A program made the translations under genes and the position numbers. From Ylistrum balloti (Eukaryota), in NCBI RefSeq assembly GCF_031769215.1, contig NW_026781971.1:434001-498000 (forward strand): 64,000 nt of DNA, written 5' to 3'. The stretch's first letter is position 1; each line of letters begins with the position of its first letter. Under the pieces are notes generated by a model. That model had not been told where the DNA came from. It saw only the letters and a list, made by a program, of their open reading frames with translations, and searched no databases. Below are positions 1 through 12,300 of this stretch, one piece after another.

Positions 1-264
1 AACAAAGCTAATCATGATCAGAGCCTCGATTTGAATTCTTGTTATCCAGTTATTCTGTTAATTTCAGAGTGTTGGTGCTTTAAGTTTTGGAAGCATGCAA
101 TGTGTGACAGGAAAATACGAAAGCTCAAATGTTAACGAAACTCTATAGATATTAATACGTATCAAAATTCCTTGTTGAATAACCTAACGAAGCGAAAAAC
201 AACTATATGTCAATGACATAAGTTTGGTATAATAGAAAATGCAATGGTATTGATGGTGAAATAC

Positions 265-3200
265 GTTTTTGCTGAGATCGGGAAATTTATCACTTTTGAA
301 CGGGAAGGACTGGTCGTCAACCATATGCCAGTGCAGCACATTCAACTTGTTTTGAGCCATTCCTTCCTGGAAAAAAAGAAGATTATAATAAAATTAGACT
401 AATATTTGATATACTCTGGCTACTATGATGGTGTCTGTAGCCAGGTTTTATTAACAAAGTTTAAATGTAGTTAAAGAATGAACTTCTTGATCAATTTCTC
501 TTCCATTTTCACTTCCATGTAAAATCTAAAGCTGGGGAAAGTTATGATGAAGCAAACTTCAAAAAGTAAACATTTTTATTTCAACTGAAACTTATGACTC
601 TTGAGGGTTAAAAATAACCTCTTATATTGAGATTTTAATGTTATAATCAGCCCATTGCCGATACCTGTATAAAACCAGGAGAGTAAAACAGTAACGTAGC
701 CAATGAATCTTAAGTGTATTTCAGTTAAAATTATCCTCGACGTATGTAACGCTTGATCTTAGCAAAACATACTGTAAGAGTTTTATTTCAAATGGAACAT
801 TTTATTTTTATAATTTTCGACAATGAAATTAAACCACGAAAAAGATTAATTAAGATTGTAAGGATTGTGAACTCGATAATTTCCATGCAAAAACGTGCGT
901 TTTGCTTAATTGTTTTTAAGATTTGACATACGTGTAGGAATTTACCGGTTAAACCATTATTTTTTAAATATAATAATAATGAAGAAGAAGTACGCACCAA
1001 AACATCCAATATGACCTGTTTTGTGATGAAGTGTCTGGCAGTATCCAGTAGGAAGCCCCTATACTTATACCGAGGAGCATCACGTATTACAGTTTGGCGG
1101 ATGTAGAACTGAAATGAGATAAAACCCGATGTATGTTAATCTTGACCAGCTATTTATGTGACGATCGACATGATGCATTCTATACAGACCTACCGGCGAA
1201 TCAGCCATATTTATCTTTTCGAATCATGTTTATTGTATTGACATTATATTTGTATAGTATTTTATGAGGTATTTCTCTTCTATCTCTTCTGCAGATAATT
1301 GAATTCCATTGGAATTATCAATCAGTCGCTTATGATACGTAATAACTTATGTAAAAATTGAATGAGGGACAAAAACGCAAACATACCTGTCCGGCTTTGA
1401 TGACTACTAACTGACTTAAAGTTTCTAGCCCTCTAATCACTCCCCAAGCCTCATCTGCTTCTAGTTTTATTCCAGTGGGAGCTACCGTCAACCGATCTAC
1501 CCGAAATAAGAAAGGAGAGGACAAAGTAACGTTATCCAACACTGAAGAACAAGATGCCAAACAGAAGAAAAGATTTTTCTTTTTCGTGCGAGTTCTATAC
1601 ATTGAAATGAGAATATTTGGTTCTCGAAACAAGGAGAAGAATTAATCATTAATAATGTATCACGAAGATCGAACTTTTCCTCATTTCGAATATTTAAAAA
1701 AAAATCCGATCAAAGCACTGTTGATACTGAATATGAGTAAAAATCCTCACCAGCATTATTACGTCTAATCTGTAATATCAGCGACGGCTACTGATAAAAA
1801 GAGTTACCGTTTGAAGATAATAATACACTATTGAAACTGACAGAAGAGACATGACCACATTTATATCAGGCACTGGATGAAACAACGGAAATTCTAAACG
1901 AACATCAGTCTGAAAAATATACCTGTTACTGTGAATAAAGTGTATATGTTTACATTAAAGAAACAGTGTTGTTTTTAAAAGAATTGCAACAACCTGGAAG
2001 TCACAATAACGAGGAATTGCTTAGCAACCACTTACATGATTCATCTGAGGAGGCGCTAGGGTAGGCAACACAGTCCCGTTCTATACGGATGTGTAGGTAG
2101 GGCACGGAAGGTACGTCAATAAAGTTTAAATCAAGTCTCATTTCATCTTTGATTTTAGATTTTGGTGCATTGAAATAGTTCTCCTCAGATACTTCAATGG
2201 AGTCTTCGAACAGTGTTCTATTATAACGAAGGATGGCATCATTTATGACGTCACATGAGTGTGATTTGACCTCAATAGAGAAGTTGTGAGCGTGAAGTCT
2301 GTACAAGGTTTTCGTCGGTTTGAACACGCGTGGTATCGGCCAAGGCTCGGCTATAGAGGATCTAAGAGATCGGCGAATGTTGACTGGATTTCGTAGGCCA
2401 TCAAAAGTGACTTCATAACTATCAGGGCCTCTTTGCCAGTTGATGGCATCATTTATTTTGATTGACTTCTCGCTGACTGCACGATTAAACAGAAAATAAA
2501 TCCCTTCTTATTGAAATGTGCTAAAGCATGCAGCTATTAAAGTTGCAGAATCATTATTTGTCGTTAACGACCTGGGTCATTATTCAGTATGATTACTCTG
2601 GTTTAATCTTTCTATGACAATGCCTTAATATCACAATCTTTATCATTATGTTTTTAACACGAACTTGTAGAAGCACAAAAATACTCTTAAAATGACGAAT
2701 GAGTCGGATTGCTATACATTGTTAAATGCGTCAAATTGATTTTCTTTAATAAATGAGACAAATTGATTTCTTTTATAAAAATTAATATCCACTCATTAAT
2801 GAGTCAAATGGATTTATATTCATTCATTAGTCGCATTAATTTTCACAGATAAATGGGTCGAATTAATTAATGAGTCGCATTAATGTTAACTGACAAATTA
2901 TTAAAATTGATATCCATTGATAATGAATCAAATTTATAGTAATTGATAAATGAGTCGCATTAAAATCAATTAATAAATGAGTAAAATTGATATATATTAA
3001 TTGATTAATCGAATTAATATTCATTGATAAATGAGTCACATTAATATTCACTGATAATGTGACAAATTGATATTTATTTATTGATGAAAGGGCTTGATTT
3101 CTTTTGATTATCTTCATCAAAGTATGGTTTATTATATAGTCTTACTACGGAATATTTTTTCGGTTCTTTGTAAAATGTATCTTTTTTTGCAAAAACTTAA

Positions 3201-3369
3201 ACTTACCATTTGCGTGAACAATCCACTGCTCAGACAAGGAAGATATCTCTTTACGCAGTTGTTCTATGATGTTGAGGTCTTCCTCTCTGTTTGGCGCGAC
3301 ATCTAGTGGTAGACATCGCACCGTGTAAATAATCGTTGTCAGCAGTAGGCAGGATTCATCTATTTTCAT
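265..3369 (-). CDS. HEXA/HEXB-like: Beta-hexosaminidase (GH20) paralog 1, 5' part; gene continues beyond the left edge
   Basis: Exons 3369-3207 (ATG, signal-like [19 protein letters not shown]), 2476-2036, 1496-1387, 1108-998, 366-265, all GT-AG with matching phases. Motifs [57 protein letters not shown]. Confidence 0.93.
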
Positions 3370-6083
3370 CACCTGTAGAGAGGTCACGTGATACTTCTGT
3401 TGTTGAATATAGTTAGGCCCTCGGCAGACATGGAAGATGTCTTTTTTCGACAAACAATAATATAAACCAAGCTAATAATAACACCATCTACAATTTTTAT
3501 ATTTGAACTCACTGACACTTTCATATGTGTTTTAAAAAATCTATCCTTGGAATCCTACATATGGAAAATTGACATCCATGACTCCGGGACGACATTTTGT
3601 CCCTAATGACCTTTTATCTGTTGACGGGCCGTTAAGAATGTAATAATGATAATAAAGAGACGAAATTTGATGCATATCGTATCTAGCATTAAGCGAAAGA
3701 CTCAAGAAAAAAAATTCCTTCTAGGTTTTTCCTTTCTTTAATATTTTTTTTCTGAAATAGTTTATATACAATTTCAGTACACATTGAAATACTAACACGC
3801 TGTGTGATGTAACACACCTTGCGAATTTTTTTAAGAAGAAATTTATAAACAGGTATCGAAATGTGATTTAGACTTTTATTTCGATTTTTCTGCAATATGT
3901 TTAATTGATTGACAGTAACAGACTATTAAAGAAGGTTAATTGAACGCGTGCATTCAATTTATACATATAAGTATTAAGTATAAATTATTCTTTCGTAAGT
4001 TGTTTTATGTTCCTTCAGCCATAAAAAGGTAGATAACTCTTCTTGTTTTGTAGTTTCAAACTGCATTTTATCAGCCCTTGTTATTTTACGTGTTCAGTGT
4101 TATTATCAAAATTAGTATACTTATGAAACAGATATATAAATTTTCAAGACATTAACAGAATTATAATAATTATTGGAATAATTAGAACGACAGATTTTAA
4201 ACTTTCATTTTTATATTAAATGTCAGACTTACTTAATAAAGTCTTTCGTTTCATATCTATATCTTAAGACACCGCATTTAAATCTTAGAAACGTAAAAAA
4301 AAATACAAAAAATAATGAATGTCACAGCTTACCCGTGCGCCGTCAATAACAATTTCTTCACTTCCCTTGTCTTTAAACTTCTATGTATGCAGTGCTCTTT
4401 GCAGTAAGACACATGTGCCTTGATTACCGATGATAAATGAGATAAGCGCTCTGCGGTCCGAGCTGGAACAGGCAACACTAAAGTTAAATCTAGAATTACC
4501 AGACAGAAGATCATCTGTCAGATAAATTAGTCTAACTGTAGCATGTATATCTGCATGACTTTGCATGATAATTGATATCTAACGTTAACCTTAAGATCCA
4601 ATCACAGTTTATGTTGATATTTCATTTACAGCAAAATATTTTTTTTTGTGAAACTTTACTTTTAATTTCAAAGACATATATTTGTGGTTTTAATGTATGA
4701 ATGTTTTGATGAATTGTCGAAGATTTCATTAAGCATACCGTTCTTAAGAGTCCAACTCAGACCACGCATGGTTGACTGACCAGATTGAGACCGACCTGTA
4801 GTCTATAGAATCACAGCGGCGCTATTGATCGATCTGTTGTTAATATCTCTGTCAGTCAGTAGAAGCACTATTTGACGGCCATATTACAAGTAACCGCAAA
4901 CATTATTGTACAAACAACATTTCATATCTCAAACAGAGTTTGAAATTTTGCGTTCCTCTAGTAAAGCTATACGGTAACATAGATATATTGTGAAATAATC
5001 ATGATTTTCGTGGCACATCTTCAAAAAATATTACGGCGTGTTTCTGTGAATCTCTATCGATAAATGAAGTGTCTATTTTTTAACACAATTGAATATGTAT
5101 TTAAATGAATTCAGTATACAGTATATCTAGGGTAAGCTTGGATGGATCGAACACGATTTGCGGATGCCCAATTTCATGAATTCAAAGTGTTTGTCTTATC
5201 ATTACTTTGTTGTAAAAACCGATGTTTTCGTGGGACTCAAATTTCGTGGATTATAAAGAAAAACCATTTCATGTGCATTTGATTTCGTTAAAGTCAAGAA
5301 ATTTAACAGTTGTAACAATGGATTGACTTGTTAACATTCGTGTAACTATAATAACCAGGAAATCAAAGCAAATAAATACCTCACTAAAATGAATAATTTT
5401 AAAGTACTGGATAATGTCCCAAGTTACCCGGTGAATCTTTTTCGAGTATGTGTTTCATATTATTTGATATCATTAGCCAAACCTCTGATTTACGTACAAA
5501 TCATCTGTTGGTTACTGCAATAGTAACTACCCAAACTCAAGGCCATCTGTAGTGTAGATATGAGCGAGGTCTTTGCTACATTATACTTTCGTATAATACC
5601 AATAAATAGACAGAATAACACATCAATGAATGTCTACTAATGACAAAATGGAACCAAGCTGTGAAGGAATGTCATTTATTCAAAATAGGTCGTAATAATT
5701 TGTGCAGTTATGTTAAAACGAAATAAGTCTCTCTGGACCAGTTTGTTGTTGCATGTTGTTATTCACAAGGTTGAACAAAACGTTTAGTGGAGTAATATCC
5801 CCAAAATAGATTTCATAATTTGGAAATAAATATCTTTATCGTCTAATCATGTAGTGCAGTCACAAATTGTTCCTTCGATTTCCCTTTAGTTGATATATCT
5901 CATGACTTTAATTTTACATTGAACATTCCTTTCCTTAGTAGTAACATACCAGCTTAACGTATTGTTTTATTTGTTATAACAACTAAAGCTTGAAGCGTCA
6001 ATTATTTACTGTTAATTATGCCAATATCCTTCTTATTAATGTATTGCAGGAGAAGATTATATCGTTATCAAATCTATGCCATT

Positions 6084-6810
6084 AGTGTGTCAGTGTTCAA
6101 TGTGTGTCAGTGTTCAATGTGTGTCAGTGTTCTGTGTGTGTCAGTGTTCAATGTGTGTCAGTGTTCAATGTGTGTAAGTGTTCAGTGTGTGTCAGTGTTC
6201 AATGTGTGTCAGTGTTCAATGTGTCAGTCCTCAATGTATGTCAGTGTTCAATGTATGTCAGTGTTCAGTGTGTTTCAGTGTTCAATGTGTGTCAGTGTTC
6301 AATGCGTATCAGTCCTCAATGTATGACAGTGTACAGTGTGTGTCAGTGTTCAGTGTGTGTCAGTCCTCATTGTGTGTCAGTGTTCATTGTATGTCAGTGT
6401 TCAGTGTGTGTCAGTCCTCAATGTGTGTCAGTGTTCAATGCGTATCAGTCCTCAATGTATGTCAATGTTCAATGTGTGTCAGTGTTCAATGTGTGTCAGT
6501 GTTCAGTGTGTTTCAGTGTTCAATGTGTCTCAGTGTTCAATGTGTGTCAGTGTTCAATGTGTGTCAGTGTTCAATGTGTGTAAGTGTTCAGTGTGTGTAA
6601 GTGTTCAATGTGTGTCAGTGTTCAGTGTGTGTAAGTGTTCAGTGTGTTTCAGTGTTCAATGTGTGTCAGTCCTCAATGTATGCCAGTGTTCAGTGTGTTT
6701 CAGTGTTCAATGTGTGTCAGTGATCAGTGTGTAAGTCCTCATTGTGTGTCAGCCCTCAATGTGTGTCAGTGTTCAGTGTGTTTCAGTGTTCAATGTGTGT
6801 CAGTGTTCAA
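6084..6810. repeat. 17-bp minisatellite (GTGTGTCAGTGTTCAAT), ~43 copies
   Basis: Direct reading. Confidence 0.97.
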
Positions 6811-7165
6811 CAAAAAACAACACGAAGGATATCTGAGTACTTTATAAAGCGGCTTAGTATTTATTTTTGCCTTCATATTCTCGGAAACTTTTCGGATTTA
6901 TAAATGACGTCATAATGATGGATGGTCGATTGGTTACAATTTTCATTATTTAAGTCACTCTCCCTATCGATCTCGGCGTTGTACCATCGCCAACCCTTAT
7001 TGTAAAATGGTGAAGAAATGACGTCATCAACGTTACTTTCAAAAGGATATATAATTCCAGGAATGTTTGTCTTCAACATAAATGCATTGTGTGATATACC
7101 ATCACGTGACACAATCTTGCTCTCTTTATATGTCATGACAGAAACAGAACATTAGCCTGTCATTA

Positions 7166-7171
<6 letters not shown>

Positions 7172-7222
<51 letters not shown>
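7172..7222. repeat. (AT)n microsatellite
   Basis: Direct reading. Confidence 0.98.
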
Positions 7223-7230
<8 letters not shown>

Positions 7231-7684
7231 AATTCTATTTACTCTAGATCTCTTCACACTCAATGAACCGAAGATTTATATCATTTTTTTCAATAGTTTA
7301 TTCAATGTTTTATTTATTTGAGGTCCATAGAGTAATTTTAAAGCATGCATGAATAGTATTTGTATCAAAGTTGTCACGTGTCCTCAACTCGTCTCCTTGT
7401 AGGTTCGTTTCGAACGTCTAATATATGTGTCATGAATAGTAAAATATATCACTAACGCTCCTGCACTCGTTATATTTTAACTTTGAATGATCTTTAAGGC
7501 AGTCGAGAAACAATTCTTACTTTCAGGTGTTCATTGAAAGCATTGACAAAAACATAGCAAAACAATATTATTGATACATAACTACACTTGAAACACACGT
7601 CATACATTTGGAAACACTTTTAATGTATGTCTGTGTCACAGTCATATGTCATACATACGGGAATTCACACTGTTGATGTATTTT

Positions 7685-7960
7685 TACGTCACAGGAACAT
7701 AACAAACATCCGGGAACACTGTTAATGTATAACGACGTCACAGATGCTCGTTATACATCCGGGAACACTGTATTCTGACGTCACAGATGCACTTTATACA
7801 TCCGGGAATACTGTTAATGTTTATCGACGCTACAGATGCACGTTATACATCCGGAAACCCTGTATGCTGACGTCACAGATGCACGTTATACATCCGGAAA
7901 CACTGGTAATGTATATCGACGTCACAGATGCACGTTATGAATCCGGAAACACTGTTAAAG
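7685..7960. repeat. Minisatellite with alternating 43/49-bp units
   Basis: GACG(TC/CT)ACAG starts at 7734, 7777, 7826, 7869, 7918. Confidence 0.9.
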
Positions 7961-9014
7961 TGTTTGATGATTAAGAGAACTGTTAAACTGTTTAACGTCT
8001 ATGCTTTCTACGTAACATCATTAACGTGATAGATAGTACTCCAGTCATAGACAGTGCTAGACTCGTCAAATGGATCAACTAAAACATAAAACCGACAAAC
8101 ATGTTGAGTGAAGTTAATCATATACTACATAAACATAATAGTTTGTATATACCTTCTTACCGTCTGTATTTTCTTAATTGTTTGACTACAATAAAACATG
8201 GACTGACGAAATATTAGCAATATGAACTAATACTATCTTTAATAAAATGATGAAAACGCAACATAGAAACATTAAAATGAGTTGAAAACATTCAGCAAGA
8301 TAATTGTTGATATATCTTATGAGTTAATGCTCAACTGAATTCAAATAAATCGTTACATTTTACTTTCATGGCATACTCCTTAAAATCGTGTATTTTCGTG
8401 GGATTAATTGAATTCATGAATACTAACTGTAAAAGTTGAATGGTATTGAAAATTGAATTCATGAGTGAAGATTAAGAATAACAACAAAAACGACGCCACC
8501 AAATTCCTCACGAAAATTGACGATTTCACAGTGTAACGATCTTAAACCATGTTTACTCAGTGAATGCTAATAATTATTAAGTTTTAGAAACAGCAATTTT
8601 AGGCTTCAAAATGTACTTATTTTTACCGTAAAATATCTTTTTACTGAAATTGGCATTAAAGAGGTTACAAACCTTCGAACCTTATCTCCTGTCAGTTTTT
8701 CTGTTTATCAAATAATGGACGAATGTTTACAGGAAAATACACATATAAAATTCTATTTCGTTGATTTGGAAAATGATCTTACAATAAATAGACTTGGTCA
8801 CTTTAAATGCTTTCTGTTTTATTTTGCATACTCATTTAAAACCACAGAAGCGATTTCATTGATACTTAAAATGTACCATATTTGCTTTTATATTGATTTA
8901 AATATATTGTCCCGTATACTGTTTTAATGATGTAATATAAACATGTACAGATAGAAAGCTACATCATATATAGTGTAAAGTCTATTTCATAATCTAGACC
9001 CTCATGCTCTCCGT

Positions 9015-9335
9015 CGTGCTTACCGTATGATCTCTAATGGTGGCACCTTACATCACATATACCGTAAAATCTTTGTCACCCTATTTTAGGATATCATTGT
9101 CTCATTCATGCTTACCGTATGATCTCTATTGGCGACACTATACATCACATATACCGTAAAATCTTTGTCACCCTATTTTAGGATATCATCGTCTTATTCA
9201 TGCTTACCGTATGATCTCCAATGGTGACACCATACATCATATATACCGTAAAATCTTTGTCACCCTATTTTAGGACATCATTGTCTCATTCATGCTTACC
9301 GTATTATCTCTAATAGTAGAAACATAAATCACATT
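9015..9335. repeat. 92-bp tandem repeat containing the hex2 exon end and splice donor
   Basis: CTTACCGTA at 9019, 9111, 9203, 9295. Confidence 0.92.
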
Positions 9336-12300
9336 CGGGGCATCTGTATATTTTTTTAGTCTGTCAATCAAACTATCGAATTCGTTTTCAGAAAAATATT
9401 GTTGATTTTTATTTTGTTGTGATTGTTTAGATCTGACCGTGTTCCCTCTGACGCAGTACTCTGGTCCATTTGCGAATCCTACTTCAAGTCCACGCCTATA
9501 ATAGAATTAGATATATGTTTGTGAAAGTGTCCGTCAACAATACCATAAAATTTAAGTTTGCCTTTATGTATATTTTATCATTAAATTTTGGGAAGGGGCG
9601 GGTTGCGGTATTATGCAGAATCCGGGTAATCTATGTGATCAAACAAGTGGTCACGTACATTTTTCGATTATGAACCAAACCCTAGTCGTTTGCCTAAAAG
9701 GCAACTGTGTGGCCGATATGTGTCATACCCGAATCATACTGCAAATCATTAGTGATTGTTATTGCTAACATAATAAAAGTTTATGAAATGAAAATATTAA
9801 TATTATCATATTGAATATCTCTTACCTTAACATACGACAGCGCTGTTCTGATAACCTCCTGGATACCTCAACTAGACTTCTAGGCTTTCGGCTACTCCAT
9901 AGCTTCTCCGCAACCGCTGAACCACGTGGCCTAGACAAAGTAAACGATCTAAATATGATACGATATTACTACTTAGCCACAATGACCAGGTAGATACTGT
10001 ACATGGTTTATGAATGAGTGTTAAGGAATTTTGAAATGGAACTCAAAATCGATCAAACAAGTCCAAAACCTAAACAGAAAACCATTCACACAGAGACATT
10101 TGAAACGAACAAGGAGAATAAAACCGTGTGTTCCGGAAGTAAAAGCGTCTTCCGCATCATCGACAACTACCACTATGTAAGTCAGGGTCAATTAAAGTAG
10201 AAAATCAACAAGAGACTAGCGAAAGAATAATCAGAAATATGGAAAGATGGTTGAGGTTAGTTTTCTTTCCTTCTCAATTAATATTGTTTGCATTTGTGCC
10301 AATGTGCACATACAATTCCTGTAAATTTGTATTGATTTTTCGATGTTTTATGCACATGCTCTTTTCGTAAACAGCTAGCGTGTCACCAGCATACTATCCT
10401 GCCGACTCGTCAATCAGTAATATAGACACATACCACAGCATGCTCATCACCATCTCATTGCTGACGTACTCGCCCCAAAGACAGGCCTCTCCACCAAGAA
10501 TCTGAGTACCCTCCATTGCCTCGATTTCTGAGTAATATAAATTTGAATAATTAAAGTAAATTATTTTTGCGTTTTGTTTGTGTTTGTATCCTCCCTCACC
10601 CTTTTTTCAACACGTTTATGAAACCATGAAACGCATAAAAACACGATTCCATCCAATTTTTAAGGGATTAGTTTTGGAGCCCTGAATAATTGCGACTTTT
10701 TCAGTTAAATGCATTTATTGGATGACAATAATGTTGCCACTTAAAGAAATAGTGCAATAAATATCATGATTGTAAATAGAGATACTTGACTAATATATTT
10801 TGGGAACGTGCCATTTGTCAAATTTGCAATGGAGGTCTAATATCATTTTGTTCTGTTGAGAATGAACCATATAAAATATATATAAATACATATATATACC
10901 GTTTGGTTCACAATTGTAAAAGTCCTGCCAGTGAACACCTCCTCGTACATGGTCTAAGTACCAACACGTGGAAAAAATGATGCGATAGCCTTTCCGGACG
11001 ATGGTACCAATTTCGTGAGCATTTGATTTCCACACTTGTATAATTGTGTCTTTTTGGATCTAGAAAATAAAATACACAAGTATTACCAAAAAGCGACGTA
11101 TGAATATTGACTACATGAGACAGAAAAGTGTAAACATCAACCGTTGTGTAAATATTGGCAAACACGACATACAAATATAAGAATGTGATGTACATGTGTA
11201 TATTCTCAACCATGCGACAATTCGAATGACCTATAACATATCATACCTGTTAAACATCGACAGAAGCTGCTGTGGTGCAATCCAAGTAACATTAATGAAA
11301 TTCTTGTGAAAAAATCAACCTTAGATAATGCAAGGTGCATGTCTACCTTTCTTTTGATAAATACAAAACAATTACTATCTTATCACTTCTAACAAGAAAG
11401 ATATCAGAAATTACTATTGTAATGCTTTATTTTGTATGTATAAGTATTTGGTATGATAAACAGAAATCATATCTGAGTTTAAGTGTTAGACTTACGTTTG
11501 CTCCTTGTTGTAAACCATCCTGCCACATAATGACATCTAGGCCGACCTCACGGTCACGTGCAATCACATCTAATTTATCTTTTAATCTGTAGACAAAGAG
11601 AAATATCATCATTAGCAGCGGCAGCAGAAAAAATACATTCCTGTTTTGATTGTTGCATCAGTAAGACAAATAAATCTGCAATAAGATAAAAAAACAAAGC
11701 TAAGAAACTTAATTGTTATGATCCAGACTACAACTGCGGGTATTGTTAATCTTACCTGTTGTTGAAATAATCCCAGATATATGCCGGAAGAAGTTCATCT
11801 ATCTTTAATGAATTTATAATCTTGTGCAGTTTTCTGAAAGCAGAATATTTCAGTGTTGGACATTTGAAATGGATATGTTAAAACATTATTATTGCATATT
11901 GGTGTCGCTATCGGTTCTTTGTATGATTGTATTAAATGTATATTGTCACTAATTATGATGTCACATTTAAGATTCTGCAAAAGACATACACATATCGCCT
12001 GTCAATATGAATTTTGAACTAGAATTAATTAAACTGCATCATACAGCCGTTTCGTCCTTCTAGAACTCGTCAGTGATGCTAAGTGCATTACTTTTACCTT
12101 GTAGCGATAAAGGAAGTAAAACTATGGTCAAAATATCAAAATCTCTCCAATAACACCAATAAATTTAGTAACCTTAAGCACATGTGTATATATTTTGAAT
12201 CTTGCCACTAATTTAGTGGAGACTAGCACTGTCTACCACCTGAAATATCGACGGTTATACAAAAGACACACCTATACTGAAATATAATACATCAATTTAA

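Noticed and set aside
6018-6847. Cys/Val-rich ORFs of 70-159 aa
   Set aside because: By-products of the 17-bp GT-rich minisatellite; open in several frames, no splice support.
8203-8230. CTGACGA followed by a hairpin
   Set aside because: Followed by GAAC rather than GAAA; no stem III or cleavage triplet.
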